Source: Antedon mediterranea (taxonomy: Eukaryota > Animalia > Echinodermata). From it: a stretch of 64,000 bases of DNA. Position 1 is the first letter of the stretch; every line of letters starts with the position of its first letter. The notes under the pieces were generated by a model. The model made no database searches and was not told the DNA's origin. It saw only the letters and a program-made list of their open reading frames with translations. The stretch covers positions 19,477,045 through 19,541,044 of the forward strand of contig NC_092680.1 in NCBI RefSeq assembly GCF_964355755.1, read 5' to 3'. The position numbers were made by a program, and so were the translations under genes. Below are positions 13,646 to 27,419 of this stretch, in pieces.

Positions 13646-14520
13646 AGCCCCTTTCACACAGAGCTGTAAGACGGTAATATTGCGGTAATTCGCGAACGCC
13701 GGCTTACAGTATGTGTGAAAGGGTAAAAACCCCTTAATGCCGGCTTCCGTTAGACCGCCTCTGGACCTAGTAAAATTGCGGTAATATTAACGTCACGGTC
13801 GTAAGCCTGATCTGTGTGAAAGACTCCACGATATAACGCCTGCTTACGCACTGAAGCAAGGATAAATTCGGGACACTTTCCTTGATTGAGAAAGACTGTG
13901 GCAATTATTTTAGGCCAAATTATTAGATTATATCCATATATATATATTTTTAGGTTAGTTTGTAAATAATAGAATGGAAGAATACGGCCAATAATAATAA
14001 AAATAACAGATGTTGGCCCAAAGATTATTTAACTTGCTGTAACGTACGTAAGCCTAGGCCCCAGTTAGCATACTTCTAGCAGGAACATCCTCCGGTGCGC
14101 GCTTCTGGTGCTAGCTCATAACAGCTTCTGATAATTAAATTCGCGTCTACTATTTGTAGGCCTAATAGATTTTGTTTCTGTAGAATGGCCTTCACGATCG
14201 GGCAGTTATTAGCACGGAGTATATAAAATATAGGTTTTATGCATCGTAAATAAAAACCAAACGACGGACACACAAAACAACAAACATGTGCGCGCATGGC
14301 ATGTTTTGTCGGCGGTGCCCGCCATTCTTTTTTTAAAAAGTGCGACCTCTATTTTATGAAGACAGTAATCTTTATTAAATATTGCGCCTTTCCACTGTGG
14401 CCTTTCACACAGAAAACGGTAAAATTACCGTAATATTACCTTCTGTGTGAATGGGTCTAGACCGGCAATAACGCCGGCTTGCTTACCGCAATATTGCCGA
14501 AGTTCTGTGTGAAAAGGCCT
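13646..14520. mobile_element. PIF/Harbinger-like non-autonomous DNA transposon
   Basis: TIRs AGCCCCTTTCACACAGAG / TTCTGTGTGAAAAGGCCT, with a 3-bp flanking duplication AAT. Subterminal motifs (tgtgtgaaa, cggtaatatt) repeat at both ends. Confidence 0.65.
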
Positions 14521-14601
14521 AATGAGACATGTAGTCTAGTCTGTAAGACCTGTTCAAGAAACATTGAGTAATGGTCAAATCCTTCTTCTATGGTAAGTTA
14601 A

Positions 14602-15227
14602 AGCCCCATTCCCTACGTTTTTTAGATCTAATTTAAGATCACAAACTATATTTAATGTAAAAATAATACTATATGGTCCTATTGCGATAACTTTTTTCGT
14701 CTTTAAACGGTTAAAAATGTGAAAAATAAGTCGATTCTAATAATTATAGCGGCCCGCTATAAATCCCAAAATGCATTGCGCGCGGATTGATATTTTTGTT
14801 TTTCACCTGTAATTCGCCCACTTTTCGATCGATCGTGAGGCCAAAACAAATGGAAGACTCCTAACTTTTCAGCGAAAATACCGGGTTTTCCCCAATTTGT
14901 ATCAACGAAGTCTGGCAAAAATAGAAATACAATTAATGCAGCAACTATACAACGTCAGGCTAGGTATATAGGTAGCGTACGATGTTCGTACGTTACCGAT
15001 GTTTACCAGCTAGGCCTACAAAACTAAGCCTAGCTAGGCTAGGCCTAAGACCGTCCACGAGAGGTCGATCGCCGCGAGCTACTTAGGAAGTGCATTGTTT
15101 CTCACTTTTTATCATAATTTACCATAAAACGTACATTTAAGACAAGAAATGATATGGTTTAATGTTTTTAAAGTGATATATATGTATTATTTTCCAAAAA
15201 ACGTCCAAAATTGCAGGGAAGGGGTCT
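14602..15227. mobile_element. Kolobok-like non-autonomous DNA transposon
   Basis: TTAA|AGCCCCATTCCCT ... AGGGAAGGGGTCT|TTAA. A TTAA TSD with AG...CT termini is characteristic of Kolobok, whereas piggyBac termini are usually CC...GG. Confidence 0.7.
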
Positions 15228-17078
15228 TTAAGTAGTTTTGGCGAATGGTGTGTGTATACAACAAAAAGTCATTTGGCGTTTTGTGTAAATATTTCTTGTT
15301 TCAGTTTTCAACGATACCTTTCTTTTCAGTATTACAACAACTGTTTCTATTCTACCTTCTTTAATTTTTTGCTTCCAAATATTACCAATGGCATTTAAAT
15401 TGTCTGAAGATTGATTTCTATATTTTTTACATAGCAATCAATATAAAATAGATGACAAACATTAAACACTGTTATAAGATACATTCCCAAGTTTCAGTTT
15501 GATAGCATATACCTTAATACTAATTCTACCTTGCCTTCATTTTTCTTTTCCAAGCTTTTTCCATGGTATTTAAATTCCTAATTTCTATTTATTATATTGT
15601 TTTGTAACAGGGGTTTCTACTTATATAAGCTATGCTTCAGAGATTCTCCCTTTCCATTCTTTTTTTGTCTAAATTTGTAGTACTGTACTATGATTATTTA
15701 TGTATGTTTATGATTATGTAATGGAAATAAAGAAAGAATTGTCTCATTTCTATTATTATATTCTTAATTTCTATATTTCATCAAACTTAAAGTAAAGTAA
15801 TCAAGACAGATGACAAACAAACAAACACCATTGTTATAAAGTATTGCCATATTATCAGTATACAACATTCATATCAACCCTATCTACAAGACAAAAACAC
15901 TAAGTGCATTAAGATAATTTATATCATTTTTATTATTCGTCGTCGGTTGTAAGTGGTAAGATTGCGTTGAGACCAAAGCATCAGTCGCAATTTTATCTTT
16001 TCACGATAACATCCAGTCAAGGTTGAGCACATACCATTAAATTAACAGGGATATGTTTCAATCTTCACGCTGATGAAACGCTATGAATATTCTCATGTCA
16101 TTTTTCATCAAAACTTACGTTATTTAATGATTATTACAATAATATGACTGGATTACTGTACACAGTATTATTATAAAATAAGAGACTGGATTAAATAATA
16201 ATAATAATAATAATAATTAATAAAAGACTACAGAAATAAAATATACTTTTCATCATGGCACGATTCTTCAGTTCAAATGACAAAAATAAAAATTTGGGAG
16301 GTATTATAAACTTTGTCAGAAGCATTATTTTATTTTCAGTAATTTGGATTTATAAATAATTTAACAGGCATAGATAAACTCACTGTTAGTTATAATATTT
16401 AATCTATATAGACTAGGCTATGAATGAGGTAGGTGCCACCCGGAGAGGTAGAAATTCTCATATAACTTTTCTAGACCAGTTTTTTCTGGGGAATCCAAAT
16501 ATATTGGGTAAACGGGCTGTAACCTGAGAACTTTTGCGTGAGGGCGCTTTTTTCAAAATGGCTGCCAGTTACAGTAGACTATGATATCTTGGCAACCACT
16601 GGTCATAGAGAGTTGATTTTGGTGTCAAATTGTTTGGAATGTACATGTTCCTATTTGATGTAATAGAACATTTTGTCAGAAAATGGCCGGAAATACCTCT
16701 ATTGACCTTTGACCCAATATCTAACAGATATCATATCTCCGTAACTACTCGACACAGAAAGTTGTAATTGGTGTCAAACTCTCCAGAATATAGATGTTTA
16801 TATTCAAACTAATAGAACATTATCTGTAAAAATGACCGGAAATAACGTTACTGACCTTTGACCCAAAATGCAAGACATTTCTCCTATCTGATCACGTTAA
16901 TCCTGTCAATTAATTCATTTTGTGCCAATTGGAGGTGGACATTCTCATATTATTTTCTGGACCAGTTTTTCATGTGCAATCCGAATATATGAGATAAATA
17001 AGCCATAACAAGGGCAAGAATTTAATTCTTTTACTACATACATGCTTCCCTTTAGTGTTTCAGACTGTATGTCGTGTA

Positions 17079-18085
17079 TTAATCTTCAAGATCGCTCACA
17101 TCACTGCAATCTGAAAAGTCTTCATATTCATTATGTGTAAACAGTTCCTGGACATCAGTGGGAATCACTGTCTCAATCCATTTAGGCTCCATTTGTTCGT
17201 TCCATCCATTGTGTGTACTGTTGTTGAAAAAATCATTGACGTCTGCTGATTGCCATTCTTTAGTAATGAAGTTTGCTCTAAGTATATGAAACTCAAGGGT
17301 CTGCTGACATAGTGGCAGTAATGATATATCTGTAATCTTGTAGTGTCTGGAAAACTTTCTGTTGAAGATATCATATCTTGCTTGATTTACACTTTTCCCC
17401 TTCACTCCATACAATGGTGAAACATACTCTTCAAGTTCCTCATACAACTCTTTTGATGGAACATCTGACACTCCAAGGTTGCAGAATGTGTCAACAAATG
17501 TTGCTTTTGATTCCAGAAGCTTCCAGCAGGTACGTTTTCCTTTCCGAACGGAAGCGGAGTTATACTCGTTACCTGTGAAAGCATGGAATCCAATAAGGGA
17601 TGATTTCTGCGCTTTTGTTAAATCAATGTCACTCAATTTCAGTACATTTCGGTATTTCCCAGTGTTTGTATCAATAATTACCCTCTGCCCATCATCTATG
17701 AAATGAGATAGTGAAATGACTGGAATGTCAATGTCTCCAGAATGGGAACGAATTATTGCTACGCCTTGATTGTTATTTGTTAAAGCATGCTTTGCATGCA
17801 GGATGACTTTCGTGTCGGCTTCTTCTTGGCTACTATTAAGCTCCGGAACCAATACAACATCTCAGTTTAGTAACGTAGATGCATTCTTTGTACGATAAAA
17901 AGTAAATAACATCACTCCTCATATCTGTTAGAATGCTTTCTTTCTTTGACACTAGTACACAGCGAATAAGCTCAATTAATCTGGTCTTGTTCTCGCCGTT
18001 GGCAAGGAAATTGTTGAAATCACGGGGCAACTTTGATATTTTTGAGCTTACAATTACTTTTGGTGCAATACCGCGTCTGTTTCTC
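17079..18085 (-). pseudogene. Academ-type transposase/XPG-like nuclease C-terminal fragment (left arm)
   Basis: ORFs 17836-18030 (PRDFNNFLANGENKTRLIELI) and 17079-17852 (EEADTKVILHA...LSLLPLCQQTLEFHILRAN...W) are joined by a frameshift. The N-terminus is absent. Confidence 0.8.
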
Positions 18086-18109
18086 GCAGTGCTCGAGCAG
18101 GATCCATAA

Positions 18110-19754
18110 CATCATCTCACTTTATTTTCGAATAGTGGGAAGAAACTAGAAATCAAGGCAAATGGGAAAGTAAAAGTAATAAAAGCTAATCGGGATGTTT
18201 TAAGAAAGCTTCTTGCCACCTCAACAAAGCATGGTAGAATAATTGACTTTAAGAAAGCCTTTGAGTATCCACTTACCCCTGTCCCGCTAAGCCTTGCTAA
18301 TGAATATGGGACAAGACGAACAACTCAGAAAAGTGTCCTAATGGAAATTCTCATCGAAAGTTCAACAGATGTTATAGATCCTGGTCGGGCACTGCCAGCA
18401 AAGGCTACTGTCATTGCCTATGTTGTTGACTTGATGGCATTAATCAGAACATTTACATCTTACCCTGATACGTACGAGGATCTGGTAGCAAAGGTTTTCA
18501 ACAGCATCCCTAAAGGATACAAGCGTGTTGATATTGTTACCGATGCATACCTGCCAAAAAGCATTAAGTCTGTTGAGAGAAACATACGCGGTATTGCACC
18601 AAAAGTAATTGTAAGCTCAACAATATCAAAGTTGGCCGTGATTTCAACAATTTCCTTGCCAACGGCGAGAACAAGACCAGATTGATTGAGCTTATTCGCT
18701 GTGTACTAGTGTCAAAGAAAGAAAGCATTCTAACAGATATGAGGATTGATGTTACCTACTTTTCATCGTACAAAGAATGCATCTATGTTACTAACTGAGA
18801 TGTTGTATTATAATAAATAATAAATAATATATTTATACAGGATAAAACAATCAGATAACAGTGTATCTGTTTTACATTGTGGTCCTGTCTTAATCAAAAT
18901 ATACAAAAGAGAAACTTAATTAAATATAATACATAGTATTGTATATTAAAGAGAATATATAATATAGTATAGTATTGGTTCCGGAGCTTAATAGTAGCCG
19001 GAAGAAGAAGCCTACACGAAAGTCATCCTGCATGCAAAGCATGCTTTAACAAATAACAATCAAGGCGTAGCAATAATTCGTTCCCATTCTGGAGACATTG
19101 ATATTCCAGTCATTGCACTATCTCATTTCATAGATGATGGGCAGAGGGTAATTATTGATACAAACACTGGGAAATACCGAAAGGTACTGAAATTGAGTGA
19201 CATTGATTTAACAAAAGCGCAGAAATCATCCCTTATTGGATTCCATGCTTTCACAGGTAACGATTATAACTCCGCTTTCTTTCGGAAAGGAAAACGTACC
19301 TGCTGGAAGCTTCTGGAATCAAAAGCAAAATTTGTTGACGCATTCTGCAACCTTGGAGTGTCAGATGTTCCATCAAAAGAGTTGTATGAGGAATTTGAAG
19401 AGTATGTTTCACTATTGTATGGAGTGAAGGGGAAAAGTGTAAATCAAGCAAGATATGAATGATACCTTCAACAGAAAGTTTTCCAGACACAACAAGATTA
19501 CAGATATATCATTACTGCCACTATGTCAGCAGACCTTTGAGTTTCATATACTTAGAGCAAACTTCATTACTAAAGAATGGCAATCAGCAGACATCAATGA
19601 TTTTGTCAACAACAGTACACACAATGGATGGAACGAACAAATGGAGCCTAAATGGATTGAGACAGTGATTCCCACTGATGTCCAGAAACTGTTTACACAT
19701 AATGAATATGAAGACTTTTCAGATTGCAGTGATGTGAGCGATCTTGAAGATTAA
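18110..19754 (+). pseudogene. Academ-type transposase/XPG-like nuclease fragment (spacer plus right arm)
   Basis: Reads KANRDVLRKLL...IDFKKAFEYPLTPVPLSLA...RRTTQKSVLMEIL...VVDLMALIR...RVDIVTDAY...SIKSVER, then frameshifted pieces equivalent to the left arm. It is interrupted by an AT-rich insertion at 18810-18971. Confidence 0.8.
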
Positions 19755-20935
19755 TACACGACATACAGTCTGAAACACTAAAGGGAAGCATGTATGTAGT
19801 AAAAGAGAATTAAATTCTTGGCCTTGTTATGGCTTATTTATCTCATATATTCGGATTGCACATAAAAAACTGGTCCAGAAAATAATATGAGAATGTCAAC
19901 CTCCAATTGGCACAAAATGAATTAATTGACAAGATTAACGTGATCAGATGGGAGAAATGTCTTGCATTTTGGGTCAAAGGTCAGTAACGTTATTTCCGGT
20001 CATTTTTACAGATAATGTTCTATTAGTTTGAATATAAACATCTATTTTCTGGAGAGTTTGACACCAATTACAACTTTCTGTGTCGAGTAGTTACGAAGAT
20101 ATGATATCTGTTAGATATTGGGTCAAAGGTCAATAGAGGTATTTCCGGCCATTTTCTGACAAAATGTTCTATTACATCAAATAGGAACATGTACATTCCA
20201 AACAATTTGACACCAAAATCAACTCTCTATGACCAGTGGTTGCCAAGATATCATAGTCTACTGTAACTGGCAGCCATTTTGAAAAAAGCGCCCTCACGCG
20301 AAAGTTCTCAGGTTACAGCCCGTTTACCCAATATATTTGGATTCCCCAGAAAAAACTGGTGTAGAAAAGTCATATGAGAATTTCTACCTCTCCGGGTGGC
20401 ACCTACCTCATTCATAGCCTAGTCTAATAATGCTGGATCTTTTGGAATTCTTTAAACATTTTTGTCTCTTTTTTCTTTGTTTCACCATCAGTTGTTGGTT
20501 ACCCTGAAGTCATAACATTGGACAATCCATTATACGCATTGGGACCATGATGATGTCATCAGTTTTGGTTCAAAGAAGAATATAATTTTTTAATCACTGT
20601 AGTAAGGTGTATTAGGGTAATAAATTCACATAAACAGTATAATAAAGTATTTGTACATAATTTTCAAAAATATTTGTACAAAAAAATATTACTATGATGA
20701 TACAGTAAGTATAGATTAAATGAATGATTATATCAAGATTCAATTATGTCGTTCCTTAGAATTAGATGTTAATGTTATACTTTAATTTTTAATTAAAACT
20801 CCCAATGGATGAACTCTCTGAACCTCAATCCATGGCATTGATTCATTTGATACAGTGATTTCTCTAGTTAAAACCATTACATTAGTTTTTCTTACTGCTC
20901 AATTACCACAGATTTTATCCTTTTCAGCTACTTAA

Positions 20936-21098
20936 AGCTCTGTCTACACTACCAAACTTTATGAGCAAACAAGTGTGATGTGCCCAAATATGGTAGTGAT
21001 ACTGTATGCCCAAACATGGTAGTGATATGACATCATCATGTCCATATATGGGCACATCACATTTTTTTCACATAAAGTTTGATAGTGCAGACAGAGCT
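20936..21098. mobile_element. Harbinger-like MITE (~165 bp)
   Basis: TAA|AGCTCTGTCTACACT...AGTGCAGACAGAGCT|TAA with internal ~20-bp repeats (tgcccaaatatggtagtgat). Related copies are at 58259-58431 and, partially, ~23733-23810. Confidence 0.75.
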
Positions 21099-24000
21099 TA
21101 AGGCCATATAAGAATTTTGTTTATGCCTCATTTTTTAATTGCATCCATTTATGAATATTACTGAACACAAACAATACAGTTTGATAATTTTATCATCATC
21201 TTAAGAAACTGAAGAACGATACATAAATGAAATCATGTATCGAGGGAGGTAGTTTTATGTCATCGCTATGTGTGAGTCATCAATGACAATATTAATGTGT
21301 CCACAATTAACGATGCAAAATTGTTACATAAAAATTATGGATGACCAATTGGTTGTCTGGTGATTGTAATGAGCCCCTCAAGATTATCTACAGTACTGTA
21401 GTAAATACAGATTTAGTATCACACTGTTTTTTTTATCCAGATCTAGGAGTTTTTCTCTTATAAAAGGGATATGGGATGACCTTGAATTTATCAGGAAATG
21501 CCTGTTGCTATTGACCCAGAGAATACGGTTTTTAAAGCCGTATTTTCTTCCAATAAAAATGGGCTCTTTAAAAAAAAACACAAAAAAGAACCAATCTTGA
21601 ATGAATTTGATTCCTTCCAGTCTCGATTGTCGAAAGGATCAACACAGTAGCAGTCTCAATTTGACCTCACCTCAAAAGGTCACTAAAGGGTATAGGAGCA
21701 CTTAACTGGTGATAATGATATCATTACACAACCAACCACCAATGATCACCAAATGAGAAACCTTAACCAGGTTTAGATTGAGTACAAATTATGATGCATC
21801 ATGATATCACTAAAATAGCATTTTTGTTTACATTTACCTGTATATAAACACACAAAACACAGTATTTCACTACACTAGAATATAGAATTATTGTTACTGT
21901 ACAGTACTGTAGTTATCAACAATCCTTAAATTAAATTTTTAGAATTCAATTTTTCCAAAAAATTAAGTATTATTACTTTGTTGTTAGACAAGAGAAACAA
22001 TTTGTATTTAATATAAAACTAATATATTTTATTCAACTTTCACCCAGCCTGAAGTTTATTTAAGTTTTACAAACTGGTTAAAAAAGTAAAATATTTGCAT
22101 CGCACCACATCATCCTTGTATTATAATTGAAGCAAACAGCATGTCAATTAAATTTCCCTTCTTTCTACCTCAATCCCTTCCCTGATCATATCAATCCAAA
22201 GGTTACCATATCTTGTACAGATATCTCCTTAAGTATAGTCTAGGGATTTTTCTTATATCAGCCGATCAACATTTTTTATATCATATGAGATTTACATGTT
22301 GATATAAAGCTGTAAGAAATCCCACCAAAAACAGTTATTCCTAATAATATTATTATAATCATGTGACATGGAAATTCATGGAAATATATTACTTTTTATA
22401 AAATCAATAATAAAGTTATGATCTTTCAATTTATGAGTGTTACTAAGTATGTTTTTCCATTTGCGTATTAAATCTGGTAAAGACTTGCGCGCAAAAAAAG
22501 TAGATTTATTATATTTAAACACGAACTGTCATTCCATAGCTATCAAAACGTGAATCTATAAAATAACATTTGTAAGTCATAGTAAGTTATGAATTTAGCG
22601 TAACATTCAGTTGTTTATTTACAGTTTACAAAAATTAGTTTGATATTGGAATGTTTTTTTATAGTGAAAGTGGATTACTTATTAATTTACAGATATATAT
22701 TGTTTCAAGCTTTGCCTGAAGATCGAAGCATATTGATCGAAACTTTGAGAAGAAGAAGAACATTGCCAAAATACCAAACCTTATGCCAGACATAATCTCA
22801 CACTTTTTCACAAGCAACCAATCCTAGGCCATAACAAGCAAAGCAATGTAAAAACCAACTTGGGATTATAATGAACCTAGGATGTCTATCCCTTAAGAAG
22901 AAACTTCGACCCAGTTGGTTAGAAGAAGGGGTTTAGGGCAGAGTCACAACTGGTAGATCCTAAGCCAGCAGCCATCTAAAACTTGCCTTATGCATGTGCA
23001 AACTTTATGTTATATTTTTATGAACAATTAAATTTAGGCCATGTCCTATACAAATAATGTTTCTGGAATAATACTGTAGCTTCTGTGCATCAAACTTCTT
23101 CCAACATATCTGGCACATCAAGGCTACTATACAGTAGTCTGGATAGTAAAGTCTATGTGAAACTGATAACAGACATTGTCACTGAACTTTTTCTCTGCAG
23201 TTTGTGACATGACACATAGTGACTTGAGGGGACACTACTACAATACAACTCTTACCTGATATGAGTTGATTCTGGCAAAGTGCCAGACTTGAACCTGTAA
23301 CTCAGTGACTCAGGCAGAGTACACAAACTTCTCTTCCTCTATATAACCACAAACCGCAATCAGCAAGAAAATATGAAAGATAAACAAAAACAAATATCAA
23401 CATTGCAATATTCTTCACAGAAAAAATTTACACACGAAAAGAATTTTTCTTTAAATGAATGTAATATATTTACACTCATTGTTCTGGTCTGTAGTTTGTT
23501 GATTTTTTTTTTTGAAGAAAGAAGTTTTTCAAAACTTGGTACATATGCTTCAAAACAAGTACGATCTAAAATAACGCACATTAAATCAAACAATTGAATA
23601 GTTTTACTTTTGTTTGTTCCTGATTTTGAGACAATAGAATGTTTACAATAGTTGTATTGTCTAATGATAAGATCTAAACCACACCCTAGTATGTCACTTC
23701 TGCCTAAAGATGTTTTTCAAGACCCTTAGACTTGTCTACACTACACTACCATATTTGGGTACATCACACTTATTTGTCACATAAATTTTGAATAGTGTAG
23801 ACAGTGCTTTACTTCAAAGCAGGTACTCAATCAATTTCAATTCAATTAACAATTGAATAATGACTTTAAACTGCTGTTTGTTCCAGATATCAAGACAATA
23901 GGATGTTTACTGTAGTTGTATTGTGATTTGAATCCTACACTCACACCTCCACAATGATACTTCACTACCATTGAATGCCTCTAATCCTGGTTCATACAGT

Positions 24001-25309
24001 ACGTACTAAACTTTAAAATGGTAAATTTAACCAAGGTATTCTTTTCCATAAAGCCATTGGTAAATTTGACCATTATTCACACTAGTTTCAACAGTTAGAT
24101 CATGTAGAAATTCTTTACCATGGTTTTACCAAAATGTAACCATGACGTTAAAAAATATAATTGAATCGCATGGTTAAGATGTGTTTACCAAAACATTCGA
24201 ATGGTTATATTTACCGAGACCATAAGTTCTGCATGGGCAGGCAGTGGTAATTGTTAAATTAACACTAATATAGCCATTGTTCAGATTGACAGAAATGACC
24301 ATCTCTAGATCAATTTACAAAGTTACAAACAGTAAACATACAAATCAGTTTGTAGACAATGAACAGATGCTAATATGCAAACAGCCTAAAGATACAATTC
24401 CATTTTGCATGTGAATGAAAATCATCATTTACTGGATTGTTGAACATAATACAATATGAATGTTGCAGTTCCATCCACAACCTACAGTGGAGTTTGATAA
24501 TACCAATAGAGAACTTTCACTTGAGTCTTATTCAGTATTACCACTATAAGCGCTAGTAAATGTCTGGGTGGTAAGGTGGCCAGGGATGGCAGTAAGGTGG
24601 CAAGGGATGGTAATAAGCCAACCAAAGATGGTGGTAAGGCGGCCATAAAAACGGTACACGTTGCAACTACCTGTTTAGAATACGATTTAAACAGTGAACC
24701 ATTAGGATGGTTTGAAAATAAAATGATGTGGATGAATCTATCCTGGATATAAAGGCTTTAGAATAAACTGGGTAAACATTAGTGGTACAGTACTGAACCT
24801 CAACCAGTCTTCATCAATGATTCAGCCCTGGATACCACCTAATTAAAAAAAAATGCAATGCAAATGACACTATCCAGGCCATGATTAAACCATTAAATGT
24901 GCATTTGACTGAGTAAAATGACTGTAATGAGATTCATTAATGGTTTCACAGCATGTGTGCCATGTACAGTACAGTATTGTATGTGTAATTTATTGTATGA
25001 AGAATAACATTACATTTATAGTAGTAGTACACATCAGATAAAAAATGCATTTCTACAATGTACTTTCAACGATAATTTCCAATCTTGAGAATTTCAACAA
25101 TAAATGTCTGTTTGTTATTTAAGATTTTGGGCATTTGTGTACCACTGTGTATTGGACCATGGAGGTACCATGATTGGACATACAGAACAGGTCAAATGCA
25201 CCAGTACTACGAGTACTGTAGTAGTAGAGTACATGACCTATCAACACTCTGGAGTTTACCTACACTCACTGTGTAGATGAAACTGTGGATAAATTTACTA
25301 CAACGAATA

Positions 25310-25523
25310 CAGTGAACTGTCATAAATCCACATAGCCGCAATATTGGACTCTCTGAAAACTAGAAACTCTCCCAATACAGTACCAGACTTTTTCTGGGGA
25401 CCAAAAGGTTCCAAATTTCTTTTTACCGTTACAACATACAAAAACATACAGAATACCAGACTTTCTGGAAAACCAGACATAATTGGCCATCCCAAAGGTG
25501 TCTGTTACTGGGAGAGTTGACTG
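25310..25523. mobile_element. Tc1/mariner (pogo/Tigger-like) MITE
   Basis: TA|CAGTGAACTGTC...GGGAGAGTTGACTG|TA. A related partial copy starts at ~57511 (TA|CAGTCAACTCTCCCAATACCGGAC). Confidence 0.6.
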
Positions 25524-25841
25524 TAGTACTCTAGGATTAAACAATATTCAAAGCAGACTATAGTAGCTATCACCTGCATGTTGGTTCTTTTAGTTCAAGA
25601 TAATCTCCTACGCATCTTTCAATACAATAAGGGACTTTGAATTTTTAAACCCACAGCTGTTCATTTCATTGTATTGTTTTATGTTTTATAAATGATCTGT
25701 AACTTAAAAGGCAGCTGTAAAAAAACACAATCTCAAACTTAAGATACTGTATCATCGGTAAAGCAGAACGAACATCATGAAATAAAGAATATAAATTCCT
25801 GATCCTGTAGATAGTTTTACTAATTTTCAATGAGTCGTTAA

Positions 25842-26385
25842 AGATGTATTGTCCCTTTGACTAATTCCCCAAAAAAATTTTTTTTTAATTTCGAAAAAAA
25901 GTGGGTCATTTTGAAGTATCATAATAGTTATTAACTTTCACCAAAAATTAGTCCAAAAAAAAATAATTTAACCGAAATACAGATGTTTTTTTGTTAAAAA
26001 AATAACTTTGACTTCCAGTCAAATTTTTCAATCAAAACATATCCCATAATGCAATGCGCTTGTTTGGCTACTCTGTATGCATAATCATAAAACTTCCTCG
26101 CGATCTGTGTGAAAACACCTTCTCAACCGTGATGAGTTGTAAACAATCCTAATTAGCATCATTCATAATGCATACTCATGGTTTGAAATCTTTGTTTACT
26201 TTCGCTTGCGACGATTTCTCAGACGAAATGTAATCTAATTAATTTACCTGTTAATTACGTAAACTGTTGTTTTTGGCTCGAATTTTCGACTTAAAGTTAA
26301 TAACTTTAATATTACTTTGATATGGCCAATTTAAATTTAGAATATTTTTTTTTCCATTTTTTGTGTTTCAAGGGACAATACATCT
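25842..26385. mobile_element. Kolobok-like MITE
   Basis: TTAA|AGATGTATTGTCCCTT...AAGGGACAATACATCT|TTAA, a perfect 16-bp TIR. A shorter relative lies at 50633-50830. Confidence 0.8.
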
Positions 26386-27419
26386 TTAAATATTTGGAAA
26401 TAAAATAGTATTTTCCTGTGAAAAAAAAAACAATTTATAGAGAAAAAAAATGCCTGAAATTCAGATTTCCACTTTCATCAAATTCTATTTTAATTTATAA
26501 ATCATGTGCTTTATTTTCTAATTCTTTCAAACATCATTTTAAATATCTTGAAATTAAGAATTTGTGTTTAATAAAAATTTCAACAACTTTTTAAATAAAA
26601 GTAATTCAAATTGGACAATATTAATGTGTTATTCTTTCCTTTTTTAATATCAGAGAACTTCGACTGAAAAATCACTAAGCATTAAAGCAAAAAAGTACTT
26701 ATATAGGTAACTTTATTCCAAAAAATGTAACAAAACCACGCACTGTGGATTTACAAAATCTGATACGTTCTTATATGCATGCATCCTACAACAACAAAAA
26801 ATATAAAATAATGTAAAAATAAAGATTCAAAATAACAAAAAGCCACTTATTTCTGTTGCTGGCAAAAAAAGTACTTAATAAAACCAAAATTTAAGTTTAT
26901 TTTATTTATTTTATCAGATTTATAAGGAGTGGCAGGTATCTTACTGTACAGAGTACGCAATCATTAATTATTAATAATAATAGTCCACACATGAACCTGA
27001 GTTCTGTGATCTATACACACTTAAACTTTCAATGCTCTTAGGGGAGGTTAGTTCAGGTTATAAGGTAACAATAGTGATCTATTATAACAAAATGTCATAG
27101 TTCTAAATCCCAATAAAACATTTATTAATATTATGCTAAAATCTAACCTTTGATATTTGTCAAGGAGTCTTTAGAAGGTACTTTTTGGCCAAATAGTAAG
27201 TTACAACAACATGAACATTAATCATTTGTTTTGAATGGAATCATATTCTTTATAAATTATAATTATGCTTGTAGACAGTCATTTAAATTTCACGATAGGA
27301 ATAATAAATGAAGGTAGATAATGGAAGGAAAACATTTATGAGTTGTAAAGAGATTGATTGAGTATCATGGCAGCAATACAGATTACAATAACAAGTATAA
27401 TTTGGTAATGCACAACAAT

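Larger units (their letters stand above)
16409..20426. mobile_element. Academ(X)-type DNA transposon, palindromic internally deleted derivative
   Basis: Termini TAGACTAGGCTATGAATGAGG...CCTCATTCATAGCCTAGTCTA with a 3-bp TSD ATA. The arms 16409-~18085 and ~18577-20426 are inverted copies. They encode XPG/FEN1-like motifs (EEADTKVILHA, SGDIDI, GFHAFTGxDYNSAF..KGK..CWK), typical of the Academ C-terminal nuclease-like region. Confidence 0.75.

Noticed and set aside
23250-23330. Strong minus-strand donor CAG|GTAAGA as a GREB1L UTR exon
   Set aside because: No good upstream polypyrimidine acceptor, and the segment looks like a decayed tRNA-SINE head (ggttcaagtc). It cannot be supported without RNA data.
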